Below are positions 32,986 to 40,740 of a stretch of 64,000 nucleotides of DNA, in pieces. A program made the translations under genes and the position numbers. Source of the DNA: a virus. Lineage: Duplodnaviria > Caudoviricetes. Below the pieces are notes generated by a model that was given only the letters and a program-made list of their open reading frames with translations, was not told where the DNA came from and made no database searches. The stretch spans positions 1 through 64,000 of the IMG/VR virus record IMGVR_UViG_3300013121_000026, one strand, 5' to 3'. The number at the start of each line of letters is the position of its first letter. Within the stretch, counting starts at the first letter, position 1.

Positions 32986-33060
32986 GCACTATTAAGCATC
33001 TAGTGAGGCTGCTCGTCTGTCTAACGAGTGAGAGGGTGGCGGTAACCCTATAGTGCGCCA
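32986..33060 (+). tRNA. tRNA-Asp(GTC)
   Basis: GCACTAT/ATAGTGC, CTCGT-CTGTCTA-ACGAG, GCCA; atypical T loop. Confidence 0.8.
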
Positions 33061-33154
33061 TATAAAAGGAGTACCAACAATGTTTTACAAGAGCGTGACC
33101 TATGATTAACTAGGGAGCAAAATAGTTTGCTCCTGAAATAGTCAGGAGGTCCAA

Positions 33155-33352
33155 ATGAGCAGCAAGGCTCGTGGCGGTCGTAAGAACCGCAAGTGGGATC
33201 GCAATCGTGTCTGGTGCGCGAATTACAAGAATCGCCATCAGCGTGAGAAGAACAAGCTGATCACTTTGAAGAAGCATGTTCTTGTTCACATCAACGATAA
33301 TTGTGCGATTCGTGCTATCGAGAACTGTGATCGCGTCATTCGCGGTTACTGA
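33155..33352 (+). CDS. Small highly basic protein
   Basis: RBS AGGAGG, Arg/Lys-rich, host-like codons. Confidence 0.6.
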   Translation: MSSKARGGRKNRKWDRNRVWCANYKNRHQREKNKLITLKKHVLVHINDNCAIRAIENCDRVIRGY

Positions 33353-33424
33353 GAACTTGGGGAGTGCGAGCATTGGCAGTCAGCTTCGGTCGCACGTATT
33401 GTTAACGTAGGTGGGGACGTTGAC

Positions 33425-33498
33425 GCTCTTATAGTTTAATGTTAAAATTCTTGTTTCGTAATCAAGAGATGTGGGTTAGAGTCCTACTAGGAGCACCA
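33425..33498 (+). tRNA. tRNA-Thr(CGT)
   Basis: GCTCTTA/TAGGAGC, loop TTCGTAA, CCA. Confidence 0.8.
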
Positions 33499-33500
33499 AA

Positions 33501-33818
33501 ATGAAAAAACTAAAATCAATTTGTAAAATTCCAGTTTTTTCCGATGATTCTGAAATTAGAAAACAACAATTTAAGCAATTACATGACAAACAAATGCAAT
33601 TTGGAATTAATAACGGCTGGTGGGAAGAATTCGATCATAAAGGCCCTATTCGTGTTTGGTATATTAGTATAGAACAGTTTAATAACTGGCCTTCAGTCCT
33701 AGTTAATTGTGGCTTGTTTGCTTCTAAAAGCGAAGCCAGAAAAAATGGTCATAATAAACCATTGGAAATTGGAACTTTCTTGTTGTTCAAAGGCAGAGAA
33801 AAGTTTATCATATTCTAA
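33501..33818 (+). CDS. Hypothetical protein with S4-like C-terminal motif
   Basis: GLFASKSEARK resembles an S4-type motif. Confidence 0.5.
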   Translation: MKKLKSICKIPVFSDDSEIRKQQFKQLHDKQMQFGINNGWWEEFDHKGPIRVWYISIEQFNNWPSVLVNCGLFASKSEARKNGHNKPLEIGTFLLFKGREKFIIF

Positions 33819-33921
33819 GAGTTTTATGAGGCCGAGTTGGCTTGGTGGGTGGTGACCACACGTTGAAAATAACCTATTCAACGGCGTTGAGGTGCAACTC
33901 CTCATCCTCTTAACAGTTAAT

Positions 33922-34008
33922 GCTAGAGTCCCATAGTGGTCGAGTGGACTGGTTTTGTAATCCAGTAGGGTAACCTCAACGTGAGTTCGAATCTCACCTC
34001 TAGCTCCA
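33922..34008 (+). tRNA. tRNA-Thr(TGT) with long variable arm
   Basis: GCTAGAG/CTCTAGC, loop TTTGTAA, variable AGG-GTAA-CCT, CCA. Confidence 0.85.
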
Positions 34009-34227
34009 TATAAGGAATATTAATTTGTCAATACTTTGGAAATACAATTCTTTTACTGGGCGAGATTCACTAATGTTTGACGTTAGTGGCGATAGTTACC
34101 CAGTGTACCAATTAGTAAAATATAGAAAACCAAGATTAAAAAGACACAATAGAGTGCCAATTGAACATTGGTCAAGAATTGAAATTTGGAAAGACTATAG
34201 GATGTATAGAAACAAAGGGAAAAAATT

Positions 34228-34629
34228 ATGAAGACAATTGTACGTAGAGGCGTGTTTGAAACTAATTCTTCTAGTGCTCATTCACTAACATTTAATTCCC
34301 ACGACAACCTGGATCAGACACTTACTCCTAACGATGGAGTTATTGTTGTACGTGGTGAAGGTGAATATGGCTGGGAACAGGATGTATATTCTACCGCATA
34401 TTTTAAGACAGATTATTTGTATCAACAGTGGTTTGGGCGTGAAGACAAAATTGAACTATTAAAGCAGGCAATCGAAGAGCATACAGGCGCGCCTGTTATT
34501 TTTAAAGATCCGACGGGATACATTGACCATCAGTCTATGGGAATCTGCGATGGTATTCAAACTGTTGAAGACGTTAAGCAGTTTCTTTTCAACAGTCAAA
34601 ATAGATTCATAACTGACAACGATAACTGA
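34228..34629 (+). CDS. Conserved phage protein (FETNSSSAHSL, GYIDHQS)
   Basis: Motif-rich family commonly adjacent to radical SAM genes. Confidence 0.7.
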   Translation: MKTIVRRGVFETNSSSAHSLTFNSHDNLDQTLTPNDGVIVVRGEGEYGWEQDVYSTAYFKTDYLYQQWFGREDKIELLKQAIEEHTGAPVIFKDPTGYIDHQSMGICDGIQTVEDVKQFLFNSQNRFITDNDN

Positions 34630-34655
34630 CAACGATAACTATTAAGGATTTTAAC

Positions 34656-35555
34656 ATGCTTCTATCTTCGTATATTAATGGAAACGGATTAGTGAAAATA
34701 TACGAAGACGGAACCAGAGAAATTTCCTTTGAGGATCAGTTCAAACCAACGATCCCTTTAAACATTGACATTCGAGTATCAACTCAATGTTCGTTTGGTT
34801 TTAATCCAAAGACTAAAAGAGCAACCTGCCAATTCTGTCATGAGTCTGCTACAACAGACGGGCAGGAATGTGATTATGGTTGGTTGCAGACACTAATCAA
34901 TAATTCAAAACTTCCAGCAGGAACGGAAATTGCTATTGGCTGCAACAATCTAACTGATCGTTTAGTTGAGTTCATCATTGCTAACCAAAAGATCAATAAC
35001 CACATCCATAATCTGACTGTTAATGCCGGTCACCTCAAAAGAGACCTGGACCGAATTGAACAGCTTATTAAAGACAAGATCATTTATGGGTTGGGTATTT
35101 CCTACAGAAGCAAATTTGTTAATTCCCATTTTGAAAGAGCTATTAAGAATGAAAATTCTGTGGTTCATGTAATCTGTGGCATTGATGATTTTAGTAAGGT
35201 ACAACAGTTATCAAAACTTGGTGTGAAAAAGATCTTGATCCTTGGTGAAAAAGACTTCGGATTCAATCAAGGAAAGGTTAATCTAAAATCCAAATCTCAT
35301 AATCACTGGTACTTTGGATTGCCACAATTATTTGCATCTTTCAAGGTGATTAGTTTTGATAATCTTGCACTAGAACAACTGGAAGTTAAAAGATTCCTAA
35401 CCCAAAAACAATGGGATGAATTTTACCAGTTTGAACATAGCATCTATATTAATGCCGTAGAAAAATACGTTGCTCCTTCATCAAGGTCATGTTATAAGAC
35501 TTATGAAGTAAATGACTTAGGAGAATATTTTAGGAATAATGGTCGATTAGTTTAA
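34656..35555 (+). CDS. Radical SAM-like protein
   Basis: C-x13-C-x2-C-HES (expanded Cys motif), SFDNLALEQL. Confidence 0.75.
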   Translation: MLLSSYINGNGLVKIYEDGTREISFEDQFKPTIPLNIDIRVSTQCSFGFNPKTKRATCQFCHESATTDGQECDYGWLQTLINNSKLPAGTEIAIGCNNLTDRLVEFIIANQKINNHIHNLTVNAGHLKRDLDRIEQLIKDKIIYGLGISYRSKFVNSHFERAIKNENSVVHVICGIDDFSKVQQLSKLGVKKILILGEKDFGFNQGKVNLKSKSHNHWYFGLPQLFASFKVISFDNLALEQLEVKRFLTQKQWDEFYQFEHSIYINAVEKYVAPSSRSCYKTYEVNDLGEYFRNNGRLV

Positions 35556-35614
35556 AAGTGAAACCCCTGTTTTACACGCAGGTGAAGAGGGAGCGTTACC
35601 TTCATCGACCACCA
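35541..35614 (+). tRNA. tRNA-Val(TAC)
   Basis: GGTCGAT/ATCGACC, loop TTTACAC, CCA. Confidence 0.85.
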
Positions 35615-35615
35615 T

Positions 35616-35689
35616 GGACCCTTAGCTTAAAAGTAGAGCAGGAGTCTTTTAAACTCTTGGCGACGGAGCGTTACCGTCAGGGTCTACCA
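35616..35689 (+). tRNA. tRNA-Lys(TTT)
   Basis: GGACCCT/AGGGTCT, loop CTTTTAA, CCA. Confidence 0.88.
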
Positions 35690-35696
35690 ATTTAAT

Positions 35697-35773
35697 GCTG
35701 CTTAGGTAGATGTGGTCACTACGTTAGTTTGAAGCACTAAAGAACTCAGTTCGATTCTTGAGAGGCAGCACCA
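35697..35773 (+). tRNA. tRNA-Phe(GAA)
   Basis: GCTGCTT/AGGCAGC, TTAGT-TTGAAGC-ACTAA, CCA. Confidence 0.8.
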
Positions 35774-35782
35774 GTAAATAAT

Positions 35783-35857
35783 AGACCCTACGTATAAAGG
35801 TAGTACACCGGCCTCTTAAGCCGTGAGGACACGGTTCAATACCGTGAGGGTCTACCA
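35783..35857 (+). tRNA. tRNA-Lys(CTT)
   Basis: AGACCCT/AGGGTCT, loop CTCTTAA, CCA. Confidence 0.85.
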
Positions 35858-35863
35858 ATTTAT

Positions 35864-35934
35864 TCCTTGTCTCACAGGGAGAAGTGATAGCGGCCGCTAT
35901 TTACTTTCTAGTTCAATCCTAGAACAAGGAGCCA
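35864..35934 (+). ncRNA. tRNA-like RNA lacking an anticodon loop
   Basis: TCCTTGT/ACAAGGA-G-CCA, T arm TCTAG-TTCAATC-CTAGA, long hairpin with GGCC tetraloop. Confidence 0.7.
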
Positions 35935-35945
35935 AATATGTCGCT

Positions 35946-36163
35946 GGAAGTGATGAAAAACAGCGGCTCCACCCCGCAAGGGTTCTACGGATCGTAGACG
36001 AAAGGTGAGTATTTCACGCAGAGGGTTCTTTTGAAGCAAATTGCTGCCCTTGGTAATAGCTCCCACGGGGGCTATTATTACCCAGATAAGGAAGTGAACG
36101 GAGTAGCGACGGAAGCGCCCGATAAGCGTTTTGTAGAAGGGGCGGAACCTTCCACTTCCACCA
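35946..36163 (+). ncRNA. 218-nt RNA with tRNA-like acceptor/T arm and large internal domain
   Basis: GGAAGTG/CACTTCC-A-CCA, T arm GAAGG-GGCGGAA-CCTTC, several internal hairpins. Confidence 0.7.
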
Positions 36164-36178
36164 TTAGGAGTATTAAAC

Positions 36179-36502
36179 ATGAAATATACTCATAGCGACA
36201 ATCACAGTTGGTTTTATCGTGCTGCTGAACGTCAGCCAAAACCATGGATCGAAACAAATTTAAATGAAACTGATACAATAATGTCTCATTTCCGTAAATT
36301 TGTTCAAGTACACGACGCAGATATTTGCGGTGATAAAATTATGTTCTTTGAATTTGATAATGGTAATTGCTATCGATTGTCATATTCCTGGTGGATTGAA
36401 TATGATCCAGAATGGGATTTAAAAGAAGAAATTGAGATTACTAAAGTTAAAAAAGAAGAAACAAAGAACCTTTATTCCAATAGAAATTGGTTAGTTGTTT
36501 AA
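36179..36502 (+). CDS. Hypothetical protein
   Basis: RBS AGGAG. Confidence 0.55.
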   Translation: MKYTHSDNHSWFYRAAERQPKPWIETNLNETDTIMSHFRKFVQVHDADICGDKIMFFEFDNGNCYRLSYSWWIEYDPEWDLKEEIEITKVKKEETKNLYSNRNWLVV

Positions 36503-36506
36503 TAAT

Positions 36507-36613
36507 TCCTTGCTGGTGTAATGGTAGCACAAGAAGTCCGAGACACTGAATGAATAGTGTAATAGGCAAGTAAAAAATGCTAGGAGGAACGTTCGATTCG
36601 TTCACAAGGATGA
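36507..36613 (+). pseudogene. Degenerate tRNA with anticodon arm replaced by an insert of about 55 nt
   Basis: TCCTTG/CAAGGA, canonical D and T arms, no anticodon stem, no CCA. Confidence 0.55.
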
Positions 36614-36618
36614 AATTT

Positions 36619-36704
36619 GGGGGAACGGCAGAGTTGGAGAGCTGCGGCAGACTGTAAATCTGTTCTCTATGAGTGAGTGGGTTCGAATCTTACTTCCCCC
36701 ACCA
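36619..36704 (+). tRNA. tRNA-Tyr(GTA)
   Basis: GGGGGAA/TTCCCCC, loop CTGTAAA, long variable arm, CCA. Confidence 0.92.
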
Positions 36705-36710
36705 GATTGT

Positions 36711-36786
36711 GACGAGTTGCCAGAGTGGTTATATGGAGCGGTCTGCAAAATCGTTTACGTGAGTTCAATTCTCACACTCGTCTCCA
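36711..36786 (+). tRNA. tRNA-Cys(GCA)
   Basis: GACGAGT/ACTCGTC, loop CTGCAAA, U73-CCA. Confidence 0.92.
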
Positions 36787-37086
36787 AGTTGACATTTATT
36801 CGACACTATGCTAAAAATTATCCTAAACATAGGAGATTGATTTATGGATGATTATGTGAAGAAGAATTTCAATTGTTATGATCGCGTCAAGATTGTTAAT
36901 TTTCCGGAGGATAATGAAAATAATGGTAGGCTAGGAACAGTAGTTGGTTGTTCGTTTGTAGACATTATTAACCATTACATTGTGATCTTGGATGATGAGA
37001 TTGAACGATTTGATTGGGTTGAAAATATTTCAAAGCGTTGGAGAGCAGTATCAATCACTGAAGTTTGTTTGGAAAAGGTTTAAATT

Positions 37087-37158
37087 GGGGTGTGCTCAGG
37101 GCAAGCAGGAATCCTTTGCAAGGAATCTGAGGTGAGTTCGAGTCTCACACACTCCACA
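37087..37158 (+). tRNA. tRNA-Ala(TGC)
   Basis: G3-U70 pair, loop TTTGCAA; weak D arm. Confidence 0.75.
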
Positions 37159-37179
37159 GAACTTTAACAGGAGACAGAA

Positions 37180-37668
37180 ATGTCATATTTTGAAGGTTAC
37201 ACCGAGTATCTTTGCAAAGAAGGTCACTATTTTGTTGATAGTTGTTATATGGATACAAGCGTAGAACGCTGTCCAGAATGTGGCGCAAGTATTGAATATG
37301 CCCATGACGTAGACATAACTAGTGGACAAGATGAAGCTGCTAAGGTTAAAATTGGTCATACTGATATTTGGTCTGTAGACCATTATGGTAACAAATATGC
37401 CAATAAAATGATGTTTTTTAAACCTGCCGAAGGAAGTGATTGGAAAAAAATTAAAACTCATAGTATTTCTGCTACTGAAGTCAAACAATTAAAAAACGGA
37501 ATTTATGAAATAACATGGTGTGATGGGGGAACATCATTAGCAGCAGTTGGAACACTACATAATAGTAATAAGTGGTTTGCTCCAATTAACTGGACGGGCA
37601 CTAGTGAAAAGCATATTGCTTGTACCGATTGGGCAATGGTTGTTAGTGTAAAATTAATCTCCTCTTAG
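37180..37668 (+). CDS. Hypothetical Cys-containing protein
   Basis: C..GH...CPECG; RBS AGGAG; stop lies within tRNA-Arg. Confidence 0.6.
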   Translation: MSYFEGYTEYLCKEGHYFVDSCYMDTSVERCPECGASIEYAHDVDITSGQDEAAKVKIGHTDIWSVDHYGNKYANKMMFFKPAEGSDWKKIKTHSISATEVKQLKNGIYEITWCDGGTSLAAVGTLHNSNKWFAPINWTGTSEKHIACTDWAMVVSVKLISS

Positions 37669-37735
37669 CTTAACTGTATAGAGCACTTGAATACGAATCA
37701 AGTAGGTGTGGGTTAGAATCCCATGGAGGAGTCCA
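37659..37735 (+). tRNA. tRNA-Arg(ACG)
   Basis: CTCCTCT/GGAGGAG, CTTGA-ATACGAA-TCAAG, CCA. Confidence 0.85.
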
Positions 37736-38093
37736 CTATGAATGATGATTTTTACTTTGTGATTGCATCAAAATATCGCGAAAATGAACCTATAGATAAA
37801 CCTGGTAATTTTTGTTCTTATTGTTATCACAACGTAGTAATTCATCATGGTACAATCGAACAAGCAAAATATCTGTTGAATTATATCAACAAGAAAGACT
37901 TAAAAATTTACAAATTGAAATTTGAGGAAGTAGAATAATTGTGGCATTATTGGGCTAAAGCACTTGGTGAAAAAGCCAGTGACAATTCAACAGAAGCGGA
38001 TAAAATCGCTTGGATACGAACTGGAATTGTGCTAGTATACATCATTACAAATTTCTTCATTATAGCTGGAATTATTCATCATTGGTAAAATAT

Positions 38094-38171
38094 CTGGGTA
38101 TAGCTCAGCCTGTTTAGAGCGCCTGTCTTGGGCACAGGAGGCCGCAAGTTAGAATCTTGCTACCCAGACCA
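38094..38171 (+). tRNA. tRNA-Pro(TGG)
   Basis: CTGGGTA/TACCCAG, loop CTTGGGC, CCA. Confidence 0.9.
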
Positions 38172-38177
38172 GTTTAT

Positions 38178-38263
38178 TCGAGGATGCGCTAACGGTAGGC
38201 AAGCGGACTTTGAATCCGTGCTAGCTCAAAAGAGCTATGAAGGTTCGATTCCTTCTCCTCGAT
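38178..38263 (+). tRNA. tRNA-Gln(TTG) with long variable arm
   Basis: TCGAGGA/TCCTCGA, loop CTTTGAA, TAGCTC-AAAA-GAGCTA extra arm. Confidence 0.8.
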
Positions 38264-38346
38264 CTCAAACATCCAGAAAACAAAAAAATTAAAAAAACAG
38301 ACACTATACAAATAGGGTTTGTTAGAAGTAGAATTAAAAAGAATAT

Positions 38347-38420
38347 TTCGGAATCGTCTAATGGTAGGATCTCTGGCTCTGAACCAGAGGGTATTTGTTC
38401 GAATCAAATTTCCGAAGCCA
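38347..38420 (+). tRNA. tRNA-Gln(CTG)
   Basis: TTCGGAA/TTCCGAA, loop CTCTGAA, GCCA. Confidence 0.9.
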
Positions 38421-38425
38421 ATAAT

Positions 38426-38501
38426 GCAAGCTAGGCCGATCTAGTGATGGCGACAGACTGTGGATCTGTTGAGGCTGGAGCGTAACCAGCAGCTTGTACC
38501 A
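38426..38501 (+). tRNA. tRNA-His(GTG), no G-1, A73
   Basis: GCAAGCT/AGCTTGT-A-CCA, loop CTGTGGA. Confidence 0.88.
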
Positions 38502-38507
38502 AAATAT

Positions 38508-38583
38508 TGCGGGTTGGAGGAGAAGATGCCTTGACTGGTTCATACCCAGTAGACACGGGAGCAACGGCCCGTACCCGCTTCCA
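38508..38583 (+). tRNA. Initiator-type tRNA-Met(CAT)
   Basis: Unpaired 1-72 (T/T), GCGGGT/ACCCGC, loop TTCATAC, CCA. Confidence 0.75.
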
Positions 38584-38587
38584 ATTT

Positions 38588-38645
38588 AGGATGCCTGCAG
38601 CAACTCAAAAAATCTTTCAGCAAAAAAGAGCAAAGGTGCATCCTG
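38588..38645 (+). ncRNA. Stem-NTNCNGCA RNA unit A (DUF2828-associated motif)
   Basis: AGGATGC/GCATCCT-G, CTGCAGCAA, internal TCTTT-CAGCAAA-AAAGA. Confidence 0.65.
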
Positions 38646-38654
38646 TTAAATTTA

Positions 38655-38774
38655 AGGCTATCTACAGCAACTAATTTGGGTCTTGTATACCCGTGGTCGT
38701 TGGTTCGAAGCCAACCTAGGTTATTTGTTAACCTAGTAGCTCAGTTTGGTAGAGCACGTAAAATGTATAGCCTG
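38655..38774 (+). ncRNA. Stem-NTNCNGCA RNA unit B enclosing a circularly permuted tRNA-Thr(TGT); Y RNA/YrlA-like
   Basis: AGGCTAT/ATAGCCT-G; order anticodon arm, T arm, loop-closed acceptor stem, D arm. Confidence 0.8.
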
Positions 38775-38785
38775 TTTTAATATAT

Positions 38786-38860
38786 ACGAGTGTAGCTTAG
38801 TCTGGTCTAAAGCACTGGTCTCCAAAACCAGCAACGTGGGTTCGAATCCTACCTCTCGTG
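38786..38860 (+). tRNA. tRNA-Trp(CCA)
   Basis: CTGGT-CTCCAAA-ACCAG, canonical T arm. Confidence 0.88.
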
Positions 38861-38861
38861 C

Positions 38862-38936
38862 GCCAACATAGCTTAATGTTAGAGCTCCTTCATGGTAAGA
38901 AGGCAGATGTGAGTTAAACTCTCACTGTTGGCTCCA
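38862..38936 (+). tRNA. tRNA-Thr(GGT)
   Basis: GCCAACA/TGTTGGC, CCTTC-ATGGTAA-GAAGG, CCA. Confidence 0.85.
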
Positions 38937-38943
38937 GTTTTTT

Positions 38944-39035
38944 GGAAGAATGGCCGAGAGGTTTATGGCAGCAGTTTGCTAAATTGTCGTACCTTGAAAA
39001 GGGTACCGTGAGTTCGAATCTCACTTCTTCCACCA
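38944..39035 (+). tRNA. tRNA-Ser(GCT)
   Basis: GGAAGAA/TTCTTCC, loop TTGCTAA, long variable arm, CCA. Confidence 0.9.
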
Positions 39036-39042
39036 AAATTAT

Positions 39043-39078
39043 AGAGGGCATAGCTGTTAAAACTATGCCCTCTCCTTT
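39043..39078 (+). terminator. Putative terminator after tRNA run
   Basis: AGAGGGCATAG/CTATGCCCTCT stem. Confidence 0.6.
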
Positions 39079-39188
39079 AACTTACTGACAACTGATTGGA
39101 AAAGAGATATATCATTATCTAGTAGTTGACTATTTTTTCTTACCATGTTACTATTAGAGACCTTCACAACAAAAGGAGAATTTATACT

Positions 39189-39395
39189 ATGGGCGAAGAA
39201 AATACTAACGAAAACACTTCTGGCAAGTCTTTGTTTGATCAGGCAACTGCTGAGGCGCAGAAGTCTCGTCGTAGCGCTGCTCTTGCAGAAGTTAAGAAGC
39301 ACGTTGAAATGATTAAGACGGCCGAAAAGACGATTGCAGTTGCTAAGCAGGCGATTGCAAAGATTGAAGAAGACTTCAAGAACGGCACCTTCTAA
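39189..39395 (+). CDS. Small coiled-coil protein
   Basis: RBS AAGGAG, host-like codons, upstream TTGACT promoter. Confidence 0.6.
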   Translation: MGEENTNENTSGKSLFDQATAEAQKSRRSAALAEVKKHVEMIKTAEKTIAVAKQAIAKIEEDFKNGTF

Positions 39396-39413
39396 ACAAA
39401 AAGGGGAACAAAT

Positions 39414-39935
39414 ATGTTCGAGTTCATCCATCATGGTGGATTTTATGCTGAAGTTTGTTCCCCTAATTTCTATTTGCATAACAACATTGTTTTTTACATT
39501 CCACCAATTACAATTAATACACATGATCTTGACAAAGGTGGGAATTGGAAGCTAACTGCTAGTCGGAAATCCCATTCATCATCAATTCGAATTCGTGTGT
39601 TTGATCATGAAACTGGATTTGCATTTGGTTTTAGAGTTCCTGGATTTAATGCCAAGAACGAAAATCATTTGTTTGATGAAGTTAATAATTTATTCCAGTC
39701 TAAAATCTTAATTAAAAATAGAGTCTACAAAACATTTACTTTTGAAAGAGCAAATATTGTTGCTACTAATCTATACAAGGAAATTGACGACAACTGGATT
39801 AAGGAAAACGTTGTCGAAATGCTTGATAAGTATAATGAGAAAATCAAAAGTGAACTTGGTGATTTTCGTGTTAAAGAAGATGAACAGACATGGTGGCCTT
39901 ATAATTGCCCACCTGAAATGAGACTAACAGAATAA
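39414..39935 (+). CDS. Hypothetical protein
   Basis: ORF with RBS. Confidence 0.55.
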   Translation: MFEFIHHGGFYAEVCSPNFYLHNNIVFYIPPITINTHDLDKGGNWKLTASRKSHSSSIRIRVFDHETGFAFGFRVPGFNAKNENHLFDEVNNLFQSKILIKNRVYKTFTFERANIVATNLYKEIDDNWIKENVVEMLDKYNEKIKSELGDFRVKEDEQTWWPYNCPPEMRLTE

Positions 39936-39937
39936 AT

Positions 39938-39972
39938 GGCTCCGTAGCTCAGCAGGACAGAGCAACAGCCTT
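39938..39972 (+). pseudogene. tRNA-Arg 5' half, broken in the anticodon loop
   Basis: GGCTCCG, D arm with A20, ACAGC-CTT; partner half at 40849-40885. Confidence 0.75.
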
Positions 39973-40011
39973 AAGAAGAACACCTCAGAAAATAAGTTTA
40001 ACAGAATAAAT

Positions 40012-40094
40012 GCGGTTGTAGCCGAGGAGAGTTTCTACCTCTTTAAACGTAACTGGAGCTGAAAATGCGGGTTCGAATCCTGCCAACCGCGCCA
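40012..40094 (+). tRNA. Aberrant tRNA-Arg(TCT)-like gene lacking a normal D arm, nested in the split tRNA-Arg
   Basis: GCGGTTG/CAACCGC-G-CCA, AGAG-TTTCTAC-CTCT, canonical T arm. Confidence 0.55.
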
Positions 40095-40233
40095 TCAAAA
40101 AGTATCTATATTTAAATAGTAAAATTTCTGCAATCTTCCTTGGAGGAAATAATTTGTAAATTAATGAGTCCAACGACAATGTCTAATTTTTCTTTTTGTT
40201 GTTTTTGAGGTTTATAATAAACTTCATTAAAAA

Positions 40234-40735
40234 CATGCTTATCCGGTTAACACATACAATTCCCTGTGCTAGTTTTTGGTCATCGGGCAATACCGCCATT
40301 TCATGGAGGCTTTCATGGCTCACGTAACGATCGAAACCGACTCCAATGGCAACGTTGTTCTGGTCGAACCCAAGCGCCGCGCCGGATTGGACCAACGTGT
40401 ATTTCGTCAGATTGGCGTTCACTATGAGTGGGCTCATTTGAACGACTGGCGCGAACACGGTGGCCGCGCTCGTTTTTACGGTTGGGCTTCTAAGGAACTT
40501 CCCGCCACCATGACATCGCAGGAGGCGTAAATGAACGACGTTGAAGAATGCCGCCGCTGCAACGGGTCTGGCGAAATTGCGATAAGCACGCGAGACGGTC
40601 ATTTTATTGCTCCGGGACCGGTTCCAGACGACGCTACCGGGTTTGCCGTCGCAACCTGCGATGAATGCCGTGGAATGTGCTACGTTGAAGACGGATCAAC
40701 CTTTGGAGGATGTATGTTCAAACCGGATAAGCATG
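40234..40735. mobile_element. Non-autonomous IS1595-family-like cassette with two passenger ORFs
   Basis: 15-bp TIR CATGCTTATCCGGTT, 8-bp direct repeat ATTAAAAA (40226-40233, 40736-40743), GC-rich interior, no transposase. Confidence 0.8.
40315..40530 (+). CDS. Passenger hypothetical protein
   Basis: RBS GGAGG before MAHV; GC-rich. Confidence 0.55.
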   Translation: MAHVTIETDSNGNVVLVEPKRRAGLDQRVFRQIGVHYEWAHLNDWREHGGRARFYGWASKELPATMTSQEA

Positions 40736-40740
40736 ATTAA
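40531..40740 (+). CDS. Passenger zinc-finger protein with DnaJ-type CxxCxGxG motifs
   Basis: CRRCNGSG and CDECRG; RBS AGGAGG. Confidence 0.6.
   Translation: MNDVEECRRCNGSGEIAISTRDGHFIAPGPVPDDATGFAVATCDECRGMCYVEDGSTFGGCMFKPDKHD

Noticed and set aside
34612-34640. 13-bp tandem duplication ACTGACAACGATA at a gene end
   Set aside because: Simple slippage duplication of the stop region; no evidence of function
35946-36163. Second tmRNA
   Set aside because: No G3-U70 and no tag reading frame ending in AA-stop
35823-38564. ORFs 35823-36008, 35908-36180, 36669-36851, 38189-38407, 38237-38434 and 38358-38564
   Set aside because: They overlap tRNA/ncRNA genes and are most likely spurious
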